The translations under genes were made by a program, and so were the position numbers. A stretch of DNA of 64,000 bases, from positions 555,458,001-555,522,000 of the forward strand of contig CM097882.1 in assembly GCA_044892505.1 (NCBI GenBank), given 5' to 3'. The notes under the pieces were generated by a model. The model did not search any database. It saw only the letters and a program-made list of their open reading frames with translations, and was not told where the DNA came from. How positions within the stretch are numbered: position 1 is the first letter of the stretch; every line of letters begins with the position of its first letter. This stretch comes from Schmidtea nova (lineage: Eukaryota). This document shows, piece after piece, positions 12,001-27,000 of this stretch.

Positions 12001-15000
12001 TGATTTGTTGCTGAAACACAGAAATTGTAGATTTTCCCCGGAAGAAGATTTTTAGCACGTATAGAATTTTCTCCAAAGGGAACTTTGCCTATTTTATACA
12101 TAACCGGACTATCTTTGTATTTGATGAAACAATTGAAATGTGAAATTGGTGCATCCCCTTCATCATCGGGATTTTTCCAAGAGATATTAACGGCTGAATC
12201 GGTAAAGTCATTGAAAGTTATAGGCAAGTTAGGTTTGTCTGGAGTTCGGAATGGGTTGACACAGACAATTGGTTTATCTGATGTTAATGGAGAACTCTGT
12301 CCTTGATCATTTTCTGCAATAATTCTATATAAATATTCATTTCCTGGTTTGAGGTTTTTTGCAGTATATTTGCAATCTTTTGAACGGCCTGCGTATTTCC
12401 AATTTTTGCCATCTGTACTCTGTTCTATCACATAACTCGTTGGATTTCCCGACAAAGAAGGATTCCAATTCAGTGCAATACTATTATGTGAGTCGCATAT
12501 TCCGATTAGTGGTCCGACTGGAGGTGAAGGTATTATCGGATGGGTTTGCAAATTGAAAGGATTAGAATACAAGAATGGACCTGATCCCAAGGAATTGTGA
12601 GCTGAAACACGGAATGAATAGATTTTATCATTATTTATAACTGGAGTATTGCAGAACAGTTGATTAGCATCACAAGCTTTAATTTTCTCCCAGTCTTTGT
12701 CATTAGTTTTCATTTCAACATCAAATTTATCAATTAATAGTCCCCCATCATCAAGCGGTAAATTCCAAGACAACCGTAAATTGTTTTCCGGTGTCAGTAA
12801 AGTTTTTATTGGGCCTTCGGGAACCGATGGAACTTTCTTCGCTTTGTTGAAAGCAATAGATTTATCGGTTTCTAACCAATCACTAGGACCAACTTCATTT
12901 ACAGCTTGGACTCGAAATTTATATGAATATCCATCTTTTAGGCCACTGACATCGTATTCAAGGCAATTATTTTTTAAACGAGCTAAAGGTATCCATTCGT
13001 TGTCTCCTCCAATTTCTTTAAGTTGCACTTTATAACATTCAATAGGCTTACCGCCATCAGTTTCAGGTGTTTTCCATTGTAATTTGACAGAAGAATTGTC
13101 TACTATAATTGGTTCCAATGGACCTATGGGCATTGATGGACAATCTAAATAAAAATTAAAATGATTTTAATAAACCAAGAAAGAATTCTTACCAAATGGA
13201 CTCTTCAAAATAATAGGAGTTTTTGAAATCAATTGTTGACTTTCACCATTTGCATTGTAAGCACAAACTCTGAATCTGTATGGGACTCCAGGAACCAATC
13301 CTTCAACCACGCAAGACGTACTGTTAGGATTCACGCTAATCGGTTGACTAAATTTATTGCGCTTTTCATCTTTATATTCTAATAGATATCCTTTGATTGG
13401 TTCTCCATTATCCGAAATCGGAACTTTCCAATCTACCTCTACGGAGTTCGGTGAGCGTTGACTAGCTTCTAACAGGCCTTCGGGCATGTCTGGAACATCT
13501 GTCACAACTAAATTCACAGAAACTTGGTTTTTTCCAGCCTTATTTGATGCGATTATTGAAAATGTTCCCGTTGAATCGGGACTGACATTCAACAGATTAA
13601 CATAGTAATTATTTCCGTACTGCTCAATCTTCAACTTTTCAATTGGTACCGGTATTGTGGATTTTTTGTTCACTTCTAAAACTGGTTTGACATCTGATAA
13701 AATAAGAAGTGGAATTCTCATATTTGATCTAGGTCGAAGTTTAAAATCTGCTGGTCCAATTAAAGATATCTCTGGTGGACCTGTTGGATAGANNNNNNNN
13801 NNNNNNNNNNNNNNNNNNNNNNNNNNNNNNNNNNNNNNNNNNNNNNNNNNNNNNNNNNNNNNNNNNNNNNNNNNNNNNNNNNNNNNNNNNNNNNNNNNNN
13901 NNNNNNNNNNNNNNNNNNNNNNNNNNNNNNNNNNNNNNNNNNNNNNNNNNNNNNNNNNNNNNNNNNNNNNNNNNNNNNNNNNNNNNNNNNNNNNNNNNNN
14001 NNNNNNNNNNNNNNNNNNNNNNNNNNNNNNNNNNNNNNNNNNNNNNNNNNNNNNNNNNNNNNNNNNNNNNNNNNNNNNNNNNNNNNNNNNNNNNNNNNNN
14101 NNNNNNNNNNNNNNNNNNNNNNNNNNNNNNNNNNNNNNNNNNNNNNNNNNNNNNAGCATTTATCCGCAATGTTTATTTCGAAGAAATATTTCGATTTTAA
14201 AAAAGATTCTGATCACTCCAATACAAATTTCTTCCAAATGACTTATCACATTTTCCTGTGTATTTTCTTTTCCTGAAATCGGATTAAGATATATTTTTTT
14301 AACAAATTTAAATCAATTTTCGAGACAAATAATTTTTAAATACTTTTTAAAATAGTCTTTAAAACATATTTTAAATTGCTATTATTATTATTATTATTAT
14401 TATTACTTACTATAAATCGTTAAAAATGATAGACGTTTGTTAAAATATTAATTAAGTTACACAATTCTATGATGCATTTAAAATTCATTTTTCTTCTTTT
14501 TTGTTCAAATTCATATTCAACAACTCCCAATGACAATATTTATATTGGACACTGAGCCCGAACGAAAACTGTTTATACTTCGAGCAATCGAAGCACCATC
14601 TTCTGGCGTTACATACACAGATCTAATTTTTTAATACAACATTATTTTTAATGATAATAAATTATTTAAATAAAATTTATATATTACTTATGATAATCAA
14701 TACACCGTTACTGAATCTCTNNNNNNNNNNNNNNNNNNNNNNNNNNNNNNNNNNNNNNNNNNNNNNNNNNNNNNNNNNNNNNNNNNNNNNNNNNNNNNNN
14801 NNNNNNNNNNNNNNNNNNNNNNNNNNNNNNNNNNNNNNNNNNNNNNNNNNNNNNNNNNNNNNNNNNNNNNNNNNNNNNNNNNNNNNNNNNNNNNNNNNNN
14901 NNNNNNNNNNTTGTGCTCCGTGGTATATAATAAAGGCAACGCGAAATATTAGCATTTTCGGAAATATTTTATGAATTACTCGTAATCATAATTTTTCGAG

Positions 15001-18000
15001 TTTTTTCAATTAGAATAAAATCTTTATACAAAGTCAAAGCAAATATTTCGTCACGTTTTTAGTGTTTATGAAACTAGTTTCGTAATTATACAGTGGATTA
15101 TTTCAAAGAAAACATCTGCTATTTTATAGTTGTCAATATCGTCTGATTTTCAGGTGATAAAAAGGGCTCCTTTGCTAAAAATGTTNNNNNNNNNNNNNNN
15201 NNNNNNNNNNNNNNNNNNNNNNNNNNNNNNNNNNNNNNNNNNNNNNNNNNNNNNNNNNNNNNNNNNNNNNNNNNNNNNNNNNNNNNNNNNNNNNNNNNNN
15301 NNNNNNNNNNNNNNNNNNNNNNNNNNNNNNNNNNNNNNNNNNNNNNNNNNNNNNNNNNNNNNNNNNNNNNNNNNNNNNNNNNNNNNNNNNNNNNNNNATA
15401 AAAACTCACTTAGTGCAATCGGTACGATCTCTCGAATGGCATCTTTATATTCTCTTAGTTGTTCAATTAAATCTTTCGAATCTTTCACGAATTTTGGGAC
15501 TTCTGAATCAGTCTTCTTTGGTTTGACTTCTAAATATGTAATTCAAGCATATATTCATCATTAATTACACCGATTACCTTGTTTTAAAGTAATCCACTCT
15601 GTCGGTAAAGATGGCACACTTTTACCATTTGTATTTCTAGCCAATACTCTGAATTGATATTTGCATTCATTATTCAAATTTGACACATGAATTATTGGTG
15701 TTTTTATTGGTTGGCTTGTAATTGTAGTCCAAAGATCCGATAAATTGTCCTTTTGTTGAACGATATACGTTACAGGTGACGAAGTTGACGTCGAAATAGG
15801 ATTCCATTGCAATTGCAGTTTGTCATAACCGATATCTTTCACGATTAAATTTGTCGGTGTTTGTGGAATATCTATTTTGGTTAGAAAAAAAATTTCAACA
15901 ATACCCAACCAAGAAATCTCATACCGATTATTTGCTGCAGAGTAATCGGCTGTTCAATTTCAACAAATTCACTTTTTCCAATTGAATTTTCTGCTGCTAC
16001 TCGGAAACTGAACGTTCCATTTGGTGTTAAGTTGAAAACATTTAATGAATTTTTCCCATCTCCCGAACTTGTTCCGCACCGAGTCCAGTTGTCGGGTTTT
16101 GAACTTGTCAATTCTCGTTTCTCGATGACGTAATTGGTGATTTTCGCTCCACCATCATCAACCGGAGGGCTCCATTGAATGGTTGCACAGTCAGACATTT
16201 CAGAAATAGCATTAACATTTTCTGGCGGTTGCGGCACTGTGAGCACTTTCAGCCGTATCAATGCTGAACATCGGCCAGCGGGATTTTCCGCCACAATCTC
16301 ATATTCACCGGCTTCATTTGGTGTCGTTGAATCGAGTATCAAGTTATACTTATTTAATGTTTTCTCATTTTTGAAATGTTTCTTATTCGATTCTTCAATG
16401 ATTTTGTTGTTCTTTATCCATTGTATCTTACATTCAGGATAACCCGTTATGGTAGCCGACAATACAGCCTTCTGCAATTCAGAAACCGATAATCCCATTG
16501 CCATTTTGTTGTCAAGTTTGATTTCAGGCTTCTCTATATTTGAAACAAATATTTTTCGTTAATAGAATACAATTTGTCTAACAAAACGCTAACCTTCAAC
16601 CATGACTTTGCAAGATGTTTCCGCTTTTCCAAATTCATTTTCCAACTTGCAAACATATTTACCTTCATCCTCAATTTTGCTTTTTTCTAGAATCAATGAA
16701 CTTTGTGTTTTTCCGGAACTGATTTTCGTCTTTGTTGAACTTCTTATAATTTTGTCGTTTTTCATCCTATTAAAAATTATAATTTAAATAATATAATTGT
16801 TAAAATTTGTTTTCATGTAACAATATAAACCTAGTGTGTGTACCAGATGGGATGTATGTGAAGTATATAAGAAGCTTGGATGGTTACTTTGAGAGCAAAG
16901 TGAATTTACAAAGCAGCCTTGGATTTTTGTGTTTATGGGACTACAGAAATAGACAAAATCACTACGTGTTCAAAATATGGCCACCAAATGATGTTATGAA
17001 ACCCGGTGTTTATGTTGCGCAGAAAGCTAGTCTTATGACTGCGATATAAATTGTCCTTTCCCTGCTTCGTGATACAGTAAGATTTATCAACCAGTTTGTC
17101 ACAATAATATATTCCAAGAGATGCTATCTATGTTATCTAGCCTCCCAGGACTCAAAAAACAGTGATGTGCTCATTAAATCCAGTTAGAACAATTGCTTGC
17201 ATAGGAATATTTAGAAAGCTAAAAGGGTAGAGCTACAAATGTAAACTTGAAATGCGTTCATAAATATTGCTACTGATTTTCAGAATCAGCATTATTAACT
17301 TAATAAAGAAAAATAAAAATGTAAGAAAACAGAATGCAAATATTTATTACCAACATTAGCGTGATCAAAATTTTTTGTTACTACGGCGTAGATCTAAGAA
17401 ATAATTTTTGAAATAAAATTTTTAGCGACAACCTTTAAAAAGGTGTGCTCACTGAGGTTTGATAAAAGCTCATTTGTTAGAGTAACTGACAATGGGCAGT
17501 TTATATAAACGAATATTAAATATCAAGACATATTTATTTCATATATACCACTTACAAATTCACATTTTACATCAGGGGTGCTCAAAGCTTTATGTATGGG
17601 AGGCATGTAAAAAAATCGTAAAACACTGTAGAACCGCAAGATTTTCAATGTAAACTTAAATTTAAATTAACTTTTATCACCATAATTAATTAATGACTAA
17701 ATGCATCTTTTTTAAAATATTTATTTTAAATTATTTATGAAAAATTTAAGTTTACTTACATTAACGTAGGCGTTGTGAAAAAAATTCTTAAAATTTCAGT
17801 TAAAACTTACTAAACTTTTGAGCCGCAGAATTGAGTTGAAAAAAAAGTGCCGCAGTTTGAGCACCCCTGGCCTATTTGACAATAATGATTTTCATCTATG
17901 AATGTGACCTTGAAATTGTTTAGTTTAATCATAATTTTATTCTTTTATTATTAATAATTTGTATCATAATTATCTTTTTGTTTCACCATTGATCTTTTTT

Positions 18001-21000
18001 TTAATATTAATATCAATAATTCCCATAATGGTAAGACTATAGATCAAAATTTATTTAAACAAGTAAACAATATTTCAGCACAGCCTTTATCAAGTGCCGA
18101 AATATTGTGTACTGGTTTAAAGAAATTTTGATCTATAGTCTTACCATTATGGGAATTATTGATATTGATATTAATAATTTGATTTTGAAAATGTTAATTA
18201 AATGATGTGTAACAAGCTCTAACCCAATTTTATGTTAATAAAATATAAAATAAACATAATCAAATTAAAATAAAACACTATTAAAATAAAAATTAAGACT
18301 TAGATAAAAAACTAAAACAATTCAATTTCAAGGTCATCTTAATAAATTAAAAATTATTTTGTGCCATAACTAAGGATTTCGTGAAATTTCTTGGTAATTA
18401 AATTATGGAATATTTTATTATTTGATGTAGAATTCTCATAATGAGAAAATTTTAAAAATTAGAGAAGGAAAAAGCACTTGCAGCATTTCAAAGTAGAAGA
18501 AAATAAAGCACTTTAAGAAAATGTATTCATATATAGATTTGCAACTTGCTATTGTTGTAGCGCTACAAAAACTTAGAAATTTTCTCACGGATACTAAAAA
18601 AAACAAGCAATGTTACTTAAAATTAAATATCCTGTTAGTGTTTATTTTGTATTTTATCTTTTACCCGATTAAGACAAATACAGAACGGGGTACAGAAAAC
18701 CAGAGCCCCACAATTTTAAAACCCTAACCCATTATAATAGAATAACAATTATTTCATAGAATAATGNNNNNNNNNNNNNNNNNNNNNNNNNNNNNNNNNN
18801 NNNNNNNNNNNNNNNNNNNNNNNNNNNNNNNNNNNNNNNNNNNNNNNNNNNNNNNNNNNNNNNNNNNNNNNNNNNNNNNNNNNNNNNNNNNNNNNNNNNN
18901 NTCATTTTTACCAAATAATTGACGCTTCCGGTTGTCCCAATAGGTAGTCACAGCTAAGTGTAACATTATTATTAACTAAAACTTTCGAGTCATCGAGAGA
19001 TTTAGTAATTTTTGGTTTGCTTATTTCTAAACATAATTTGTGATTTAAAAAATAAAATGAGTTTATTTCATACCAGAATGTTTTTCCATTGAAAACGGTT
19101 CTTCTAGATGGCAAAATTCACTGATACCAACCTTATTCACGGCTGCAACGCGGAATTTACAGAGATCAGCTTTAATCAGTTGATTTGGGATTTTCAATTT
19201 GTTTTGATAGATCGAATCCGAAGTGACATTTGCAAATTCATTCTCGGTATCGTTTTGCAGTTGCACAACATAATTCTGAATTTCAGACCCGCCATCTGAT
19301 TTAGGTTTATCCCACTTCAAAGTAATATTTTTATCAGAAACCGCTTCAATTCTTAAATTTGAAGGTGGAGATGGAACGTGAAGTTCTTTTGGAAATTTAA
19401 CAACATTGCTAGGAGCACTGAATGGCCCGATTAGTTCGGCTTCATTTTCGGCGGCAATAATTAAAGTAAACGGTTCACACAATTCATTTGTCATGAGATA
19501 GGTTGTAGAATCCGGAGAAAATAATTCTTCAATTACTGGTACCCATTTATTCGGTGATGATAATAAGCTTTTCATTAATTTAAATCCTTTTAAAGGACAA
19601 CCGCCATTGCTCGATGGACTGGACCAACTTACTTCAAATGTCTTATTTTCTTTATATTTTACTAACGGAGAATTCATTTTAGAAGGAGGATCTAAAAATT
19701 AATATATTATTTTAAATTATGAAATAAAAAAAATTTTTACTCATTTTAGGCGGTAGAATCGAAGGCTTGTCCGTTTCTGCAGCCTCGCTTATTCCAATTT
19801 GATTTTGCGCCATGACTCGGAAAAAATACGGAACTTGGCGATTTATATTAGCCGTTGACAATTCCAACTTTCCACCTTCGACTGAACCAATATTTTGCCA
19901 AATTCTTTTATCACTTTCTCGCTTTTCAATTATATAAGACAAAATAGGTTGACCACCATCGAATTTAGGAGGTTGCCATTGGATTAATGTTTCATTCGGT
20001 GACAAGTTTGAGGCAACTACGGATTGAGGTTTGTCAGGTTTGTCAAGAACAGTAATTTCGATTGTCATTGTACAATTTCCGAAATCGTTTTCAACAAGAC
20101 AAATATACTTTCCTTGTTGTTTCAGTTTTGCCTTCTCGATTTTAAAGGTTGTCATGTTAGGTTCTTTTGTTATTTTGATATTTTCATGATCTACGGGCCC
20201 GCCATTGACTGACCAATTCACCGAAGCAAGTGGACATGACAAAATCGGTAATTCAACAAAAGCATGTCTTCCTGCCTTTATTGTTAAATGATTTTCAAAA
20301 TTGTCTGGTAAAATCCACCTTGGAGGAGCTTCTATAATCAAGCAGCCGTTGGATGTTAAATTATAAATACAAGCGGTATAAATAGCCTCATCATTTTCTG
20401 AAAGATTTTTGATGCATAACTGATGGACTCTATCAATGATATCGTATCGTAATTTCGACGCCATTGGTACTGGGACTCCATTCTTTAACCACGTCAAATA
20501 AAGACCCGAATCACTCATTTCACATTCAAAAATAGCATCGGATGGCAATTCTGTGATGTGGATATTCTCTAATTCTTTGACAAATGAAACGACTCGAGTA
20601 ATATTTGATTTGTCGGATATGTCAGATGGCAAACTTGTTCCGTACTTGTTCAGAGCGACAATTCTAAACAGTTCATCGTTGTCAACAATCAAAGCAACCG
20701 GACAGTACTGTTCAACACAAGGAGTATCATTAATGGTTGTCCATTGGTCATTAGCTCTGCAACTCTTTTCAATATTGTAACCAATAAATGGAGGTTTTCC
20801 TAAATATTTCGGCGCCTCCCATTTAAGAATCATTCCTTCAATAGACCTTTCAAGATATGGTTTTCCAGGTTTGTCTGGCAGATCATTTACGGTGTCAATT
20901 TTAATTTTAGCAATCGATGAAGGTCGACTTGTTCCGATTTTGTTTTCAGCTGACACTCTAAAAGAATACTCGTCACTTTTCAGATTTTCTAACACAGAAT

Positions 21001-24000
21001 TTGTATTTGGAACATTATCCGTTATGACAGGAATCCATTTTCCAAGTAGAGATGTTTTGGGAAGTTTCTCTACAACATAATTTAAAATTGGAGATCCTCC
21101 ATCGTATTTTGGTGCCTTCCAATTGAGAGATATATTTTTCGGACTCGTCAATTCGATACTAAGATCAGTTGGTTGATCGGGAACTGTTAATTGTATTTTC
21201 TTTTTTGTTTGAAACTTTATAGTATTGGACTTACCAACTCCTACATCGTTCACGGCTTGAATAGAGGCGTTGTAAGCAGTGTCAGGTTTTAAGTCAGGAA
21301 TTAATATTTCTGTAACAGAAATAGATTTAGAGATTTTGGTAGGTATAGATATTCGGGAGGCTTCCTCGAGAGAAAATAAATAGTTTATTACTGGATTACC
21401 TCCGTCATCTTTCGGTTCTAGCCACTTCAATTTTACATCTGATGGTTGTTCATGCAATTCGTATTCCAATTCCTCCACAGGCCCAGGTACATCTATCACT
21501 GTTAAAGTAACCTCTAATTTGGCAACACCGTAATCATTTTCTATCTTGATTTCATAAACTCCGGAATCTAATCTTTGTAACTTATTCATTTGCAAGTCAA
21601 TGGAATTTTTGCTTATGTTCGTTTTGAAGCGCATTTTATCTGGTACTTGAATTGGACTGGCGCAAGTCCAGTTTACTTTTGGTATAGGCCAAGCTTTAAA
21701 TGGTAAAGTGATAGATTTGTTTGATCCAACTGGTACAACAAATGCTTTTACGAAATCAGTGGATGAAATGAATGAAGGAGGTACTGAAAACAATACAATT
21801 TATATAATTTAAAAAATATTTTAAAAAGATAATATTAAACCTCTTAAATCAAAATCAGCCGTTGCTTCCAAATTCTCGACCGTAATTCTGTATTTGTCAA
21901 CATCTTCTGGCGATACGTTGATTATTTCTAGTTTTGGTTGCCTTTCATTTTCGTTTGTTAATAAAAACTTTGTTTTATTAGGGAAAATTCTCTTGGACCC
22001 TTTAAACCATTTAATATCATCACTTTTACGAGAAAGTTCAGCAATAAAAGTTATTGTTTCTGGAATTTTTTCACAAACAATATCTTTCGGTTCTTCTATA
22101 AATTTGAGTGGTATATCTATAATAACAATAATNNNNNNNNNNNNNNNNNNNNNNNNNNNNNNNNNNNNNNNNNNNNNNNNNNNNNNNNNNNNNNNNNNNN
22201 NNNNNNNNNNNNNNNNNNNNNNNNNNNNNNNNNNNNNNNNNNNNNNNNNNNNNNNNNNNNNNNNNNNNNNNNNNNNNNNNNNNNNNNNNNNNNNNNNNNN
22301 NNNNNNNNNNNNNNNNNNNNNNNNNNNNNNNNNNNNNNNNNNNNNNNNNNNNNNNNNNNNNNNNNNNNNNNNNNNNNNNNNNNNNNNNNNNNNNNNNNNN
22401 NNNNNNNNNNNNNNNNNNNNNNNNNNNNNNNNNNNNNNNNNNNNNNNNNNNNNNNNNNNNNNNNNNNNNNNNNNNNNNNNNNNNNNNNNNNNNNNNNNNN
22501 NNNNNNNNNNNNNNNNNNNNNNNNNNNNNNNNTCCAATTTAATAGGTTTTGATGGTTTAGAATATTCACCGGGTCCAGCTTTATTAATAGCTCTAACATG
22601 GAATATTAGATTGCTAGAAGATGGCAAGTTTTCCAGAATTGTTGATAATTGAGAAGTTTGTAAGACCGGTTTCCATTCAGTTTGAGAAGACTCCTTCATT
22701 TCAATTTCATAATATTCTACCGGACCATGAAAATCAGATTTTTCAGGGGCGGCCCACGAAAGATTTGCACTTGTTAGACCAATTGGAACGACTGATTGTA
22801 TTTCGGGTACACCTGGAATTAATTTGTCTTTTGTTATTGGTAAAAGATACTCTGTTGGTAAACTAAATGGGCTCTGGCCAGCTTTATTAATCGCAGCAAC
22901 TCGAAATTGAACTTTGATTGTAGGCTTCAAAGATTTCACAAGACAAGAGTTAGAGGTTGGTTTATCATTTGTCATTTCAATAGGAATGGAAGTCCATTTT
23001 GAACCAGATGTTTCTGATTTCTTATCTACTACATATTTTAAAATCTCAGAACCTCCATCCTTTGCGGGAGGAATCCAAGAAAGTGAAACCTCTCCCAAAT
23101 TACTTGGTTGTACAGCTAAATCTGTAGGAGCATCTGGAACATTAAATGGATATTTTGTTTCAACAGTTCCAGTTTCCACGTAATTCGATACACCAAAATT
23201 ATTTTTCGCCGCCACACAAAAGACATATTTAGTATTTACTGTAAGATTTGATATGTCATATGTGGGCACCAATGAATCCCCTAGATCGTTGTCTTTTCTC
23301 TTTGCAATTTCTCTCATTTTTATTTTATATGTAACTGGTCCCGTTTCTTTGACTTGATATTCGGGTCTATTGAGTTCACTAACTGGTGGTTTCCAAGCAA
23401 TCGAAACTTTATCTCCTTTATTATCCGCCACTTTCAAATCAACTGGTTCACTGGGCTTATCCAAAATAACAACTTCTACGGACAAATCTAACTTTCCATG
23501 TTCATTAGATATGTTTACATTATAAATTCCTTCATCGTCAGGCTTGACTTTAGATAAAGTCAAGCATGCTAAACCCCCTAAAGCATCCTCTGAACGAAAT
23601 CTGGGCGTACTAACACTTTTACTGATCAATGATTTGAAAGTCCAAGATATTTTAGGCTTAGGAAATGCCATAAATGGAATCTCAATGACAGACGAGCTGT
23701 TGACTTTCATTATTAATCTTTCTTTGAAGTTCTTATTTTCAAGAAGATGAGGAGGAACTAATTACAAAATTAACACAACAAAAATATTAAAAACCCTTTA
23801 CCTTGCATATCAACACGACCTTCGGTAGTTAATTTTCCCAAACTAAATTTATACAAACCAATATCCTCTTTTGTTACATTTTTTATTGTTAAACTGTATT
23901 CGTTATCATTAACTACGAATTCAATATTCTTATTCGAAAGCAGAGGTAGCCCGTCCTTGAGCCAGGTGTATTTTTCAACGGGTTTCGACAACTCACAAGT

Positions 24001-27000
24001 CAAGACAAGCTTTTCAGACATATTTTTAACCACAATATTTTCCAATGGTTTTATAATTTTTGGTGGTCGTTCTAAACAATATTAATACGAAATAAATAAT
24101 GAGAGAGAAAATCCTAACCTAATGATAAAACATTGGAAGGATTTGATGGTTGACTTCGGCCGAATGTATTTGCCACGATTAAACGAAATTCATAAGACAA
24201 ATTTTCTGATAATAATTCCACGGGTAGAGTGCAAATATTTTTGTTTAGGTTCATTTCTGAATGAACAGTTTGCCATTCTGTATCATTATTTGATTTGATT
24301 TCTAATATGGCATCGGTAATTATTCCTTGGTTTTCCTTTGGCATTTTCCATGCTACCACAACAGTTTCACGCGTTCCGTTGCCTGTTTGATTCTTATCCA
24401 ACATTGCTGATACATTCATCGGCGCTGACGGTATTTTTATGGTCTTTTCGGCTTCAATACTTGTCGTTTCGTAATCNNNNNNNNNNNNNNNNNNNNNNNN
24501 NNNNNNNNNNNNNNNNNNNNNNNNNNNNNNNNNNNNNNNNNNNNNNNNNNNNNNNNNNNNNNNNNNNNNNNNNNNNNNNNNNNNNNNNNNNNNNNNNNNN
24601 NNNNNNNNNNAAATACACACTTGATGAAATCTGTGCCGAAATATTGTGTACGTGTTTAAAAAAAAATTTGATCTATAGTCTTACCATTATAAGAAATATT
24701 GATATTAATAATATTACAGTTTAATAAATGTAATGACCTAAACAAATTTAGACACCATTTTAAACCTAACCTGACTAACATCTATGCATTAATTATTATT
24801 ATTTAAATAAGAAAATAATTATTTTGTCTCATATTGCAGGAAATTACTACTGCACAATTACAGTCATAACATGACACTTTGACATGACCTGCCCCTTACT
24901 GCAATATAAAAATAATATAAAAAATAAATTAATCAAATTGCGTGACGCCATTTGTAAATATATTCTTTATGAAAATGTTGGGTCTTATTTTATTAAATAT
25001 GTTTATTTATGTTTGCAGTATTTTTATGTGTCAAGTGCTACATGTGACACACAATTAGTTTTATGAATAAGAAAAAGTAATGAATGACCAAAATTTTAGT
25101 TATTAACCCGTAAATAACAGTTTTAGGTAGAAAACGAATCTATTATTTATGAATAACAAGAATATGAAAAATATTTTTATTTGACTTTTTCATAAAATTT
25201 GAAATGGGGCGAATATAAAGTTGCTTTTATTAATATTAATTATAAAATTTTAAACAAACGTTTTTCGAATAAAATTCAATTTAATTAATTAAGTAATTTT
25301 TAAATATCACAACTAATTTTTGCGTTCAAAATTCATAAAAATACAACTTTACAAAAAACACAAAGACCAATTTTATTAGTCCAAAGAAAATTCCAATTTG
25401 ACACACACACACACACAATTAATTTAATTTAAGTCTCCAAATCTCAAAAATCAGTTTTTTATTGAATGCACACTAGAAAAAGACAAGAATGAGCTCCAAA
25501 ATTCCACAACAAATATATTAGTAAAAATTTTATATTTTGTAAAATGTTTCATATTTCATACGTTACGCAATGTAAGGTTAAATCAATTAATATATAACAT
25601 TAGTTCTCAACATTTTACGATGACGGCACCCTTACAAAAAAATTTAAGGCCCCCGACCCCTATTTTAAAATTTCAGCAATGAAAATAACAACGAGTTTTG
25701 TGATTTCAATATTTAATAAAAAATAAAAAAATATTTTCATAACATTATATTAATGTGAAATTTGAGCTTGATATTTTTTGCATATCTCCTTAATATTAGA
25801 TCGCGTATTTGACAAACATACTCTTAACTCATTCTCAATTAAGTTCAGTTTTGGTCTTTTCTTGCTCTTAATATTTACCAGTGCAGGAAATTCTGACTCT
25901 CACAAATAGGATGTTGAAAATTGTAACAAAATTTTAATTGCCTTTTCACAGCTATTTGGATATTCCTGGTTAATTAATATCCAAAAAGAATCAAGGGAAA
26001 TTTTTGAATGATTTAGTTTTAATCTGCGGTCATTACGGATTTCTATTAATTCTTCTTCGGTAAGATTTAAATTAATTTTATCTGAAGAATATTCTATACT
26101 AAACTTGTAAATGCAAAACTTTTTAAACTTACAATTTAATCTGAAATAAATATTTATGTAAGATCACCGGTAGAATATTAGTTTTAACAGATAAAAGGTT
26201 GCTCAAATTGTACCACTTGAATTTGGAACGAACAACGGCAACAAGATATACATCTGAGTAAACTTCTTAGGTATGACATAGGAAACCGGTTGCCTTAGTC
26301 GTACCGATGTAGCTTTTTAAACATTTAGCTTATTTCACATGAAAGCACAAAGATTTTCTAATTTCGTTATAATAAATAACAACAATATTAACACAAGTTT
26401 TGAACAACACATTTAATTTACATTTTTTTGATAAATCCCAAGTTTTATACGATTCTTTTCTTCAGGGGTACGACTTAAGCATTCTTACCCTATATACATA
26501 CAGCGCCGTAACTAGCTTTTTTTTAGTTTTTTTTGGAAAATTAATCAGAAGAAATGAACATAGTACATAAAATGTAAAGAAATATTTATTTATTATTATT
26601 TTTTTATAAATGTTTTTATTTGAATCGCACTTTTTTGGCTTTCATTTCCTTGAATTCGTTTATAACATCGTCATAACTAATATTTTTTTTCAATTGCGAT
26701 ATAGTATGAAATTCGGAATTGAATATGAAATATCTATGAAATAAAAAAACGAAACATTTGACTGCACTAGAAGAATTTTTGAATCACCTATAAGTGTAAA
26801 TTTTCCCCGAAATCGGAATTTTATTATTTATAAAAAATTTTATTTTCGATTAATTTTTTTGGTTTATCTTTTAACGGCCCCTTTAGATCTCTGTGTCTAT
26901 CGGGCCCTGTGCGCTTGCATCTTTTGCACCTGTCTAGTNNNNNNNNNNNNNNNNNNNNNNNNNNNNNNNNNNNNNNNNNNNNNNNNNNNNNNNNNNNNNN

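Noticed and set aside
16807-17290. 80-aa ORF and adjacent coding-like sequence in an intron
   Set aside because: No recognisable motif; may be an old TE fragment but cannot be supported.
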